DNA of 64,000 bases from a virus: positions 32,001 through 96,000 of the IMG/VR virus record IMGVR_UViG_3300035670_010555. The stretch is one strand, 5' to 3'. Each line of letters starts with the position of its first letter. Positions within the stretch are counted from its first letter, which is position 1. Of this stretch, positions 9,501-18,900 are shown in pieces. Below the pieces are notes generated by a model that saw only the letters and a program-made list of their open reading frames with translations, made no database searches and was not told the DNA's origin. The position numbers and the translations under genes are program-made.

Positions 9501-11619
9501 TGTTTGTTTCGTTATTCAAAACTTTATTCACAATGACATTAAGAACTGATGGATGGTCTACTACAATTTTCCATTGTAGTGATCCCGTTCTTGATGTATT
9601 TTTATAAGTATATATTGGTTCAGGTCGTCCCAAAAAGTCAGATTGATTCCAATTCGATGATATGCTTTCACTGAATGTTAATCCATATGGTGGAAACCAC
9701 ATAACTCTACCATCATTAGGTCCTCTCTCACAAACAGGTAAATCAGACGTTGAAAATCCTGGAGTACTAGATGTTCTCCATGCCAAATTTTCTAAAGAAA
9801 ACATATATTTTTTGGCAACCGCATTATTTATTGTACCAACAATATTCGTTGAATCCTGTCCACCTTCTTGTTTATTTGGTGCAATATTAAGGTTATAAGT
9901 CTTATCTAATACTGAATACGCAAATCTTCTGCCTTCAGTAGTAATACCATCTTGTTTCTGTAAATCGTTATACTGTAGATATGGTAAATCTTTAGCAAAA
10001 ACACGACAATACTCAGTACCTACCTCTTGACCGATAGCACCAACGTATCTATAAACTCTTGAACCTTTAGTAAGTTCTTTATATCCATCATTGAATACTT
10101 TACTTACTTGGTCTATTGCATTTCCAACGTGTTGAAGACGCTTACCTCCTTGAGGTTGGCTATCAATTATTCTTTGTGTTTTATCAAGGATTGAACCGTC
10201 CCTAAACTCATTATTGACCGATTCGGTATTAACGTAAGACGATGGTCTGAAGTCCTCATCTTGTTCAGTAACCTCACCACCAATACCAACTTTCTTACCA
10301 GCATTACCTCTGTACTTAGGTGAAACCCAAGTAAATCCACCTTCGATACCACCACCATTACTATATGTCGGCCCATTCGCACCAAGTCTTATTGATTGAC
10401 TTGGCCCTTCATATAACTGCGCCAACTCTGAAGGGCCATAGACAGGTGACTGTTGTTCAACACCAAATTGGTTAACTGGAACATCTCCTACAGGAGAAAA
10501 TACTTGGGATGGGTTAGAAGTTATACTTCCAACATAAAAGTTACTATTATCAGATACCGTACCTAAAAGAGTACCACCTAACCTTTGGAAAAAGTTTCTT
10601 GGGAAATTCGGTTTGTATCTGTTGAAATCAATGTTCTTGAATAGTCTAGACCTTTGTCCCGCTCCCATGTTATTAAACATGATTTGTGAACCTGTTTCTC
10701 CTCCGCCCATTAATCGGTTGAAGAACCTACCGACACCACTTCTTCTGAAAGCATTACCTAACTGTTGTATAGTTGTAGGTTGTCCTAAAGTAATGTTAGG
10801 GTCAAAATATGATCCAGGTATAGGTGATACAGGTAAAATACTACCTCCAAGTCTTAGTGCAAAATTAGTTGCTGCAAGTATTGGGTTTGCGGTTACTGTA
10901 ATGGTATAAACTGGTTCAATGATAGGTACAACACCAGCCAATATATTGACAATATCTGTCCCGCTTGAAACATTGAGAATATTTGCTCTACCTATTGTAT
11001 CTTGGCGTATTTGGTCCGCGATTCTTTGTTCAAACTCTCTCCTCAAAGTTTGAGCACCTAAACGTGCAATAAATGAATCTTGACTTAATAACCCATTACT
11101 ACCACTCGGATCAGGCGATAATAATATCGATACAGGTGTATAGGTTGATGATACAAAAGTTGTTGGATATGGTTGATTATTAAATGTGTTTCTTGCTAAA
11201 GGTCTATCTACTGACGAAAAAAATGGAGCACTATCTATTGGTAATTGATTTCCATTAGAAAAAACGTTGAGTGGTTTCCATTTTTGAGACTCAGGTCCTG
11301 ATTGGTCAAGTATGTTTGCATCTTGATATCCATACTCTCCCTCATTTGATTTTGTATTTAATAACGATCCAGGGTCTGGAACTTGTTCATAACCTCCTTC
11401 ATTTCCATATTGATTTAGTGGATATAATTTATTGGCAAAAGAAGGTTCATCAATCAATTTATCAGGACTATCTTGAACTGACGAATTCGATTGAACGTAT
11501 TCCGTATCGATTGGTTGTGTAGGTCTATTTGGAGCTTTTGCATAGGGTGTTAAATTCCTAGTCAAAAGTTTTTTTCTAAACCCCTCTGAATTTGCTAAAT
11601 CTAATAACGGACTTGCCAT
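6508..11619 (-). CDS. 1703-aa baseplate/tail tube initiator-like protein with an internal OmpA-C-like domain
   Basis: Tube-fold halves WFPPYGLTFSESISSNWNQSDFLGRPEPIYTYKNTSRTGSLQWKI and PPVLVLRVGDFYNTKIIPTSLAINY; OmpA-like SAPATESYNLELSKRRIAATVKF...CRR between them. Confidence 0.65.
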   Translation of the reverse strand: MASPLLDLANSEGFRKKLLTRNLTPYAKAPNRPTQPIDTEYVQSNSSVQDSPDKLIDEPSFANKLYPLNQYGNEGGYEQVPDPGSLLNTKSNEGEYGYQDANILDQSGPESQKWKPLNVFSNGNQLPIDSAPFFSSVDRPLARNTFNNQPYPTTFVSSTYTPVSILLSPDPSGSNGLLSQDSFIARLGAQTLRREFEQRIADQIRQDTIGRANILNVSSGTDIVNILAGVVPIIEPVYTITVTANPILAATNFALRLGGSILPVSPIPGSYFDPNITLGQPTTIQQLGNAFRRSGVGRFFNRLMGGGETGSQIMFNNMGAGQRSRLFKNIDFNRYKPNFPRNFFQRLGGTLLGTVSDNSNFYVGSITSNPSQVFSPVGDVPVNQFGVEQQSPVYGPSELAQLYEGPSQSIRLGANGPTYSNGGGIEGGFTWVSPKYRGNAGKKVGIGGEVTEQDEDFRPSSYVNTESVNNEFRDGSILDKTQRIIDSQPQGGKRLQHVGNAIDQVSKVFNDGYKELTKGSRVYRYVGAIGQEVGTEYCRVFAKDLPYLQYNDLQKQDGITTEGRRFAYSVLDKTYNLNIAPNKQEGGQDSTNIVGTINNAVAKKYMFSLENLAWRTSSTPGFSTSDLPVCERGPNDGRVMWFPPYGLTFSESISSNWNQSDFLGRPEPIYTYKNTSRTGSLQWKIVVDHPSVLNVIVNKVLNNETNKTRIDSILESFFAGCRKYDIYELAKKYVTVNPNDLFELQQAISSKEMTREQIVYTRGTIESGAFSPNGGDQPLAQEGGGGNTNLNFDKYLQLGFYFGNDFPKPNTTINYTTEYARYTTEVNEQYSKKSNATETKSFFDTVVTPNYKAMDEFAIDLGKQLETNEGTVTVYISSSCSAPATESYNLELSKRRIAATVKFFVENDATKKYMEPNPVRLIVKEDTGSGGGRAGALGEVAISNPKKSNLTKGPYIDSLEPNGKTFGCSDTTVQGGDTLVGAKEIFTVGAMACRRSFISKIVPNLKAPQTGPNGEGTPGGQTNPTTSSGTIPVLIGNVVTQTVPEPVIEPRWEPRDNITKKVVRALLSECDYFETIKSETPMVYDNLKDKLKFFQPSFHSMTPEGLNSRLTFLQQCMRPGDTIPTVKQSTPGGKQELQYNNATNTSFGAPPVLVLRVGDFYNTKIIPTSLAINYEGLDINPEGIGVQPMIANVTLSFNFVGGSGLKESVDKLQNALTFNYYANTEIYDERADSTDIESSRILDQIFLAGQVPPPIPGVNSAAPNNGQDNNNTIGTIVSSLIDVSGITTGVISYSAFMGKVVTDTQTYFTNVVNKTKETVNQYNNAVRQQWMIERNYTQGNFNVSADTVVLFGKPNNVEKRFDEIFVQLDENIKNGTEGFIKFISEPSKNLSPKLIRALKENYRNFVSRKRSSFQNGISTITQSLVNEEQTYLQTLGRLNTILFDPTDSNTGTDGLQAKNGPVRIYVTSGTTDIHPTSESPDTYLELVEDTVKIQQDIAAFNTIIQGKRPFVYPATNTTYEGTLVFETVNGKSNAVTVEQVFLPFSTNPLLGNNAERRVYMTISDDVIDAQKYEVFKQELIGNVLGNQALLGDGSVDIEVIFDTYWIATARPIFLEENNITKSFIENLEKNDLKDYLIYTPFDTTKQRNLTFTTENSADSGQKTSQENMIKGLANTTNQNTNVLTWNDTNGNTTGAYISKSKLN

Positions 11620-11669
11620 TTATATTTTTATTAATAAATAGGTTATGATTGTTTTTTTATTTATAAATT

Positions 11670-13526
11670 TCAGTAGGTCGCGGCTCCCCCTCCTCTGAAT
11701 ACATTAGTAGGATTAGTAACTCTAACTATATAATCCTTAAACTTATCTTCATTTAATTTATCCGAGATAGTTTTCGTAATTTGTTCTTTCTGATCTGAAC
11801 TCAATCCTGTCGGCATTTCTTGGAAATTAACGTTTACCTTTATTTCTCCAAGTAACTCAATTAGACTCTTTTGTTCTTTTACTTGGTCAGCAACTGTACC
11901 TAAATTTCGGTTTGCACCTGACATTCCTTCAGATGTGACTTTTGTCCAAAAATCATCCTCAGTTGTCGTTCCTCCTTTTCCCCCACCTTTGAACATTTCA
12001 AAATCAAGCCCTTTAATTTTACCACTTAAATTATCAAGAAGTAAATCTATCTTGTCAGTCATATTTCCTACAAAACCCCCTTTTTGTGACAATTCCTCTT
12101 TTATTTGGTCGCCCGCCTTTGACAACATATCTTTGGATGAGTCTGTTATAGTCCCAAATGATGCGGTAGAATTTGTCACCAATGTATCCAACGCCCCTTT
12201 TATATCTCCCTTAACAATCATATCTTCAACTGACTTTCTAAAATTAGTTGAAGCGGCTTCACTCATTTCCCTAATTCTTTCCATAGAAATATTTTCAACA
12301 CCAGCTCTTCCCGTAACTTCAGCCAATGTTCTACCCCCTTCTCGTAAATCTTGTATATTCTTATCTGTTAAAATACCACCCAAAACGGCATATTTGATTG
12401 CCGCGATATCACTCTGTATGATCTCATCAACAGTTAATTGAGCTCTTTGTAACTCTTCTACAGTCATAGCTTCTGTTTTTTGTTCCTTAATCAAATCATT
12501 TAATTGTTCTTGAGTAAGTTCTCCTAACTTGACGGCTTCTTCCTGCCCTTTTATTTTTACTTCATATTGTCCACCTTCTCCCATCCTACCGATGTTAGCA
12601 AGATATTGTTTGTCCTCCTCATTTTCGAATTTTAGACTTGGGCTTATTTGACCTAATCTCTGATCGAGTTCGGCAGCAGCTAATCCCAATTTCGACATTT
12701 CTTTCGCGCTAACTCCCGTCTGAGATTCCAACTCTTTTAAGGTTAATACTCCTTGTGGATTTATTTTGAAAGTTTTGGTTTTTTCATCGAAGTAAGTGAA
12801 TTGTTGTGCTACCTCTACTAAACTGTCTTGCAATGATCCAGGGTCATTTATTGACGCGTTCATCAAGGCGAAAGGGTCGGCCAAATTACCGACCGCTAAT
12901 CCTAATCTTTGAAATGCCGCTGCAGTTTCGACCGCTCCTTCAGGACTTAAAACTCTTTCAGCTAACTGAAAAGTTTGTTGCATGTCAAACCTCAACATGG
13001 ATGCTTGAGCAGCCATTTTGGTTAATCCTTGAACTCCCCCCTCAAATTGGTATCGGTTCATTTGCTCCATGTTCTTTTGAACATCTTGCATAACTTGCCG
13101 AGCATTTCCACCAATTCCTCTTACATAATCTATTGAGCCTTCAAGAGCATCTGATATCGATTGAATCCCGACCCCAACGTCCAAAAAACTGTTGCTTAAA
13201 TCTTGAGCACTTATTCCAAGTACTTTGGACGCAGAAAATAAAGCTTTTATTTCTTCTTCATTAGCAACGACATTTCTTCGTGCCGCCACTCCTACTTCTT
13301 GTATAATTCTACCGACATCCTTAATATCCCCCCCTAAACTTCTTACAGCGGGTAAAGAGTCCGCCACAGCTCTCTCAAATTCGAAAACTCTCTCTCTTCC
13401 TTGTGTGAAGGTACCGATAATTTGATTAGATATTTTATCTAAACTTTGTCTAACATCATCAAAACTAAAATTGTCTTTGGGTTTTTCCGCTCCAGTACCT
13501 GAAGCCGTTGCTTCTTGAAAAAACAT
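11670..13526 (-). CDS. Tape-measure-like helical tail protein
   Basis: Ala/Gln/Leu-rich helical composition; lies directly after the chaperone pair and before the baseplate genes. Confidence 0.6.
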   Translation of the reverse strand: MFFQEATASGTGAEKPKDNFSFDDVRQSLDKISNQIIGTFTQGRERVFEFERAVADSLPAVRSLGGDIKDVGRIIQEVGVAARRNVVANEEEIKALFSASKVLGISAQDLSNSFLDVGVGIQSISDALEGSIDYVRGIGGNARQVMQDVQKNMEQMNRYQFEGGVQGLTKMAAQASMLRFDMQQTFQLAERVLSPEGAVETAAAFQRLGLAVGNLADPFALMNASINDPGSLQDSLVEVAQQFTYFDEKTKTFKINPQGVLTLKELESQTGVSAKEMSKLGLAAAELDQRLGQISPSLKFENEEDKQYLANIGRMGEGGQYEVKIKGQEEAVKLGELTQEQLNDLIKEQKTEAMTVEELQRAQLTVDEIIQSDIAAIKYAVLGGILTDKNIQDLREGGRTLAEVTGRAGVENISMERIREMSEAASTNFRKSVEDMIVKGDIKGALDTLVTNSTASFGTITDSSKDMLSKAGDQIKEELSQKGGFVGNMTDKIDLLLDNLSGKIKGLDFEMFKGGGKGGTTTEDDFWTKVTSEGMSGANRNLGTVADQVKEQKSLIELLGEIKVNVNFQEMPTGLSSDQKEQITKTISDKLNEDKFKDYIVRVTNPTNVFRGGGAATY

Positions 13527-13551
13527 ACTTTGTTATTTTATATATAAATAT

Positions 13552-13578
13552 AAAAGGACTGATTTTTCAGTCCTTTTT
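13552..13578. terminator. Bidirectional intrinsic terminator-like hairpin
   Basis: AAAAGGACTGA-TTTT-TCAGTCCTTTT perfect inverted repeat with A/T tracts; overlaps the stop of the gp51-like frame. Confidence 0.7.
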
Positions 13579-13722
13579 GTTTAGTTCAACCCATTTATCT
13601 AAAAGATACTTCCTAATGAATATTGGCATTATTAAAAAATCAGAATAAGATATATTCAGAAGTGTCTTGAGATAGTAAAATTCATCTATCTGTCCTTTCC
13701 TATAATCAGAAGAAAGGACGAA
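13567..13722 (-). CDS. gp51-like / tail-chaperone C-terminal extension (51 aa), probably reached by +1 frameshift from the upstream gene
   Basis: +1 frame reads FVLSSDYRKGQIDEFYYLKTLLNISYSDFLIMPIFIRKYLLDKWVELNKKD*; no ATG/GTG/TTG near its 5' end; begins at UUU UUU CGU. Confidence 0.65.
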   Translation of the reverse strand, partial: FVLSSDYRKGQIDEFYYLKTLLNISYSDFLIMPIFIRKYLLDKWVELNKKD

Positions 13723-14449
13723 AAAAGTCCACCCCAAACCCAACATTAACTGTTAGTTTCTCTCCTGATGGGGCCATTACTGTTCTCGTTAAATCTAGTT
13801 TAGGTTCATTTTCTTCCATGAACTTTCTTATGTATTTGGAATCCGCAATTGGCATTTGGTCTATAAATCTTGCGATTTCAGATTTATCTGTTACCCCATT
13901 TGCTTCAATAATTTGTTTGTTTAATCTCCAAGTAACTTTTGGTGCGGTTCTCCCTTGTGGATATGATTCCGACATTTTTTGAATTTCCAAAATTTCACCA
14001 TAAGTTAAAGGTTTAATCTTTACAGTTGTCTGAGACTTCGGTAACATAGTTACAAAAGTTCCATCATCAGATGGTTGTACCCCTTTAATAACATCTAATT
14101 CGTCAAGTCTAACAGCGCCTTTGAATGGTTTTTTTGTAATTGGGTCAACCAAGTTTAATTCCATTTCAGGTCCGAACGAGGTATTTCTTAAAAAAATTAA
14201 TATTGCTTCAACATCTCCTTCCAATAAATCTTCAATACGAACATCTGGTTCGTAAATCTTTGTTCTTAAAAGATTTTGAGTCATGTCGTTACCTCCAGCC
14301 ATTAGGATGTTTTCATCATTTGCTGTCAGGTATCCAACTTTGATTGATTTTTTCTTATTCTTGTAGAATAGACCTTGTGTCGGTAAAGGCACAACGTCGT
14401 GAGGTAACGTAAAATTCGATTGTCCGTGTTCTCTTGCTTGATTATCCAT
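13706..14449 (-). CDS. Tail/baseplate assembly chaperone (T4 gp26-like)
   Basis: VPLPTQGLFY, LTANDENIL, LLEGDVEAILIFLRNTSFG, C-terminal GVDFFRP; sits between tube and tape measure. Confidence 0.75.
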   Translation of the reverse strand: MDNQAREHGQSNFTLPHDVVPLPTQGLFYKNKKKSIKVGYLTANDENILMAGGNDMTQNLLRTKIYEPDVRIEDLLEGDVEAILIFLRNTSFGPEMELNLVDPITKKPFKGAVRLDELDVIKGVQPSDDGTFVTMLPKSQTTVKIKPLTYGEILEIQKMSESYPQGRTAPKVTWRLNKQIIEANGVTDKSEIARFIDQMPIADSKYIRKFMEENEPKLDLTRTVMAPSGEKLTVNVGFGVDFFRPFF

Positions 14450-14455
14450 ATAAAA

Positions 14456-14490
14456 ATTTAACCGTAAAGTTTAGTGCTTTACGGTTAAAT
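14456..14490. terminator. 14-bp perfect hairpin: tube-gene terminator or leader structure of the chaperone gene
   Basis: ATTTAACCGTAAAG-TTTAGTG-CTTTACGGTTAAAT, followed on the minus strand by TTTTA and then the ATG at 14449. Confidence 0.6.
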
Positions 14491-14530
14491 ATAAATGTAT
14501 TTGAATTTTAATAAATAGTATCTTGATAAA

Positions 14531-15019
14531 TTAGTAAACAAGTACGCAACGGTCCATTCTAAGTGTTGCGTTGATTGTCGCCAATCCATCCTGTGCGTAA
14601 CTCAAAGCGTTGAAGTTTACGTCAGTCAAAAATGTACCATAAAGAATCCATTTTTCTACAACAACTCCGGTTGGGTCCAACATTTCGAGGTCAACATCTT
14701 TTTTATAACCCGCAGCATAACCCATACGACCTGTCACAGATTCAGCGTGTAAACGTACCCATTCCATAAGAGCCTGAGCCGCTGAAGGTCCAATCGGATC
14801 TCTAAACACCGCTGGAATTGTTTGCCATGTGAACTTACCTGCAACATAAGTTTCAGTATTCAAGAAAGGAATTGGAACTGGGTTTATAACAATATGTGGT
14901 CTTGCAGAAGATTCAACAAACCATTCATTTATACCAAGTGATGATGGAAACCTTAAGATAAAACGATTCTGTCGTTTTGGTTCGTAAGGAATCGGCATTT
15001 TCATTAACAAATCAGCCAT
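14531..15019 (-). CDS. Tail tube protein (T4 gp19-like)
   Basis: EPKRQNRFILRF, EWVRLHAESVTGRMGY, YKKDVDLEMLDPTGVVVEKWILYG; 162 aa downstream of the sheath. Confidence 0.9.
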   Translation of the reverse strand: MADLLMKMPIPYEPKRQNRFILRFPSSLGINEWFVESSARPHIVINPVPIPFLNTETYVAGKFTWQTIPAVFRDPIGPSAAQALMEWVRLHAESVTGRMGYAAGYKKDVDLEMLDPTGVVVEKWILYGTFLTDVNFNALSYAQDGLATINATLRMDRCVLVY

Positions 15020-15112
15020 GTGTTTTTAATTTTTTTGTTTTTGTTATTTTATTGATAAATATATCCTTTCACAAAAATTTTTCTATTTACTTTTTTTTTG
15101 AAAACGATATTC

Positions 15113-15943
15113 TTATTTAACTTCCTGCTTAACTCCTCCAGCAGTAGAATAAGTCTTTACTATATTATCTGGTTTATTTTTGAAGTGTTTTTGCATTACT
15201 TCTATATTTTTTGGATCATCGTCACTAAATCCTATAGATAAGTTATCTGGATTAAATTTATTACTAATATCCTTTTTTAAGAATGCTCTTTTATTTAATA
15301 CTGCGGCCATCGCCTTGATGTAATTTACAAAAGCCTCCATAGCCTCTACTTTAGCTTCTTCAGGATTAACCGCTCCTTGGTCATCACCAAAAGACACTGG
15401 ATGATACTTATTGAGTTCCAAATATGACTTGATTAATTCTTCGTCACTCATTTCATCTTCACCTACAAAAGACCGATATTTTTTAAGATTTTTAATTAAC
15501 TCGTCTTTATCTATCCCGTTGAATCCCTCTATAATATAATTATAAATTGCTTCTTTTATAGTGTTCGGGTTATGTCCCCTCGCAGTAATTATTGCAAATA
15601 TTGAACCGTTATTGATTGCCTCTCTAAAATCATCGAATGCTGGTCCTTTTTTTGCCCTCATAGCATCCACCAAAAAATCTTTGTCCCCGTCGGTTCTAAA
15701 ATTTCTGAATGGAGAATCACTATAACCCACAATCGTATTACCTTTATAACTGAATGGTTCTTTTCCTATTTGATGTCTAAACTCTGCGAAATCATCAGTA
15801 GACATTCCGACTTCATTGCCACTCTCATCTTTAACTAAAATTTTAGTCGGCATATGAACTATATTATCGTCCCAATCGAACGCGTAATATTTTAAGTCTG
15901 GAGTACCCTCACTTTTGAATCCTTCTGTAAAAATTTTTTTCAT
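15113..15943 (-). CDS. HAD-superfamily phosphatase
   Basis: Motif I AFDWDDNI, motif II ITARG, Lys in AKVE, motif IV GFSDDDPKN. Confidence 0.7.
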   Translation of the reverse strand: MKKIFTEGFKSEGTPDLKYYAFDWDDNIVHMPTKILVKDESGNEVGMSTDDFAEFRHQIGKEPFSYKGNTIVGYSDSPFRNFRTDGDKDFLVDAMRAKKGPAFDDFREAINNGSIFAIITARGHNPNTIKEAIYNYIIEGFNGIDKDELIKNLKKYRSFVGEDEMSDEELIKSYLELNKYHPVSFGDDQGAVNPEEAKVEAMEAFVNYIKAMAAVLNKRAFLKKDISNKFNPDNLSIGFSDDDPKNIEVMQKHFKNKPDNIVKTYSTAGGVKQEVK

Positions 15944-15951
15944 TTGGCTTA

Positions 15952-15971
15952 AGGGGGGATTTCACCCCCCT
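15952..15971. terminator. GC-rich hairpin after the sheath gene (terminator or mRNA-stabilising stem)
   Basis: AGGGGGG-ATTTCA-CCCCCCT; only a weak U-tract. Confidence 0.45.
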
Positions 15972-15979
15972 ATTAAATA

Positions 15980-18900
15980 TTAGATATTTTCGAACGAAGC
16001 TCCTGTTGGAGTGATAAAGAATTCGATATCGATGAATTCTAATGCCTTCGTAGGTTTCAAGTATATCTTTCCTGTTAATGTGTTTCTATCTAAATCTTCA
16101 GGTGAAGAAGAAACTGTAACTCTGAAGTCGAATAGACCTCTGTCTCTTCTAATTGAATCTAAGATAGGGTTAACACTGTCCAAGAATTGTTGTCTAACGA
16201 TTTGGTCATTTTGTTCGAACAACAATCTTACTGCTACTGCTGAAATCAACTTACGAGCTTGAAGTAATAATCTTCTTACGTTTAATCTATTAAGTGCAGT
16301 GTCAGCAACTTGTAAAGTTTTGTTACCCCAAATTACAGTTCCTACATCAGAGAAAGTTGCGATAGGGTTGATTCTGCCTTGATAAAGAGTGTCTCTATCT
16401 TCTTGAGTCAACTTAACTCTCGCTTTGATTGAGTTCACAAGACCTCTTGTGTAACCCGCTGAAGCGAACCAAGGGAATGCGATGTTATCTGTCAATGCCA
16501 AGTTTCTACAAACTTCACCTGTAGGTGGAAGATAGATTTGGGTATTATTTACAGTATCTCTTGTAAGAATCCAAGGATAATAAGTCGCAGTATAGTTAGA
16601 ATCGATACCTGTGTTATCCAAGTTGTCAACCGCTTCTTGAGGATAAATAATATCCTGTGGATTTGTTGCATCAGGAGTAAACATTTGGTAATCAGGTGTA
16701 GTTGCAATGTAAACTGAGTCCGCTCTTGAGAATTGTACCATGTCGATAGCTTCTTCTACAAGGTTAGAGTTGTTTACATAATCAATACTTGATGTTGCAA
16801 ATACGTTGATGTTGGTTGATTCAGGGTTAGCGAACGTTAAGATACCAAGTAAGTAAGCGTAGTAGTCGGTGTTTGCGAAATCTTGAGTATTGTTTTGAAC
16901 CACAATTCTCTTGAATAATCCAGTACCAGTTGCGTTTGGATATCTTTGAGACGGAGATGCTCCCGCCAAGAATCCTGTAGCTCCGATTTGGAATCTGTCC
17001 TCATTAGTCCTAAACTCTCTGTAAATGTCCCAACCATCAAAACCACCAGCAAAACATACCGTATATTTTCTTGAGAAGATGAAGTAATACGGATTCTCTT
17101 GAGTTTCAGGATCTCTCGTAAAATCAGCAACCCCACATTCAAATGCAGTTTGTCCACTCGTTAGTGAAGAGTTAGAAATTGTAACTACAGTTGCGCCTGA
17201 GTCCATGTGGAATCCTTTACTCAAGTAGTTCCAAGTTGCTCCTTCAACAGGTAATGGAGAATCTACCCAATTCAAAGGATTTTGTGTACCTTTGTATTGT
17301 AAGAATGAATCATCAATTCCGAATTGACTTGAGAAACCTAAATAACTTCTTCTAACAATATCTCCTGAAGATTCAGTTACATCAGTTGGTGCTCCGAATG
17401 GAGGGTTATAGATAACTTCACCAGGGAAATAATATTTTGTTTTGAAAATTGGAACTGGTGAAGGGTTACTTACTGAAGAGTATTCTCTTTGAGTGTAACC
17501 GTAGAAACCGCAAGGAATCGCATCGATTGGAGCTTCGTCAGCCAACTCAATCATTATGTAACGTGAAATCAAAGCGTATTCTCCATCACTTGAACCGATT
17601 TTCTTAGCAACGAAATTGTTTGAATTAGGATTCATGTTACAGTTAGTAAATTTCTCAATTACCACAGGGTTAGCATCAGTATCGAAGAAATTTCTTACTA
17701 ACACATCGAATGACATATTATTAAACGATAAGTTAGTGATAGAAACTTTTACTTCTGTGTTTGCTGCATTACCATCGGAAATTGATATAAACTTGAATAA
17801 GTTATAAACCTTGTTACCTCTGAGTTCAGACACTAAGAAAGGTGTACTTGGTGACTTATATTGGGTTACATTGTAAGCGATTGATTGTGGGTCTTGACTT
17901 CTAGCTCCTTCAAGTGCAATTAAATTACAATTCAAACCACGAATATATCCTTGGTTATAAGCGTAAGCCAAAGTTCCTGGATAAATTTCTTCAACATATA
18001 CCGGTACTTCATTTCTTGATTTACCAAAGTTATCAACACCTAATACTTTTGTTATGTACTTAGGAGAAGATGCTGACATAGATGTTTCAAAAGAGAAATT
18101 GTCGTTGTCTTTTGTAACACCTGAAATTAAGAATGACTCAAAAGGAGATTGAGTGACTCCTGAGTATTGTTCAGTACATACTAATTGTAAATCAGTTAAA
18201 CCACTAACTTCATAAATTGGTCCGTGGTTATCACTTGTTGTACTATTCGTATATAAAGATATACCTCTTGAACGTAAAGTCGCAACAACCATATTGTTGT
18301 ATTCAGAGTAAGCAGTACCTGAATAGTTATAAACCGTACCTGATATAGTACCTGAAAATGTAGATGATGCTCCTGAAGTTAGAGAAGATACATAATAAAA
18401 GAATGAGTATCCTGAATAAGCATTTCCTGATGTAATATCAAAATTAGCATAATACCATGGGTCATTTTCATCAGAGGACAAGTCATTAGTTGCAAGATTG
18501 ACAGTGTCACAAGCATATTCGTTAATGATGTTTGAATAAGTCGCGGTCAAATCATAAAAATCACTTTCAGGAAGAACTCCATAAACAACCGCAGTATTTG
18601 CGGATAGAGAAGGAGTATCCATGATATTATCAAGATTACTTGTAAAATCTAATCCTAAAGTTGATGTACTACCATCAGATAATCTGTATTGACTGTTAAA
18701 TTTAGCCAAAACTTCAGAAGGTAATGCTCCACCAACAAATTCAACAGTATTTCCTGAAGAAGACCCTGTGAAATCTGCCGACCAAGTAGTTCCTGTTACA
18801 GGACTGAGACCAATAGTTAATGGATCGACATTTGCAGTCACCTTAATACTCCAAGACGGACCAGCGTCATAACCTGATAAACCTAAAATTCTTGTTACGA

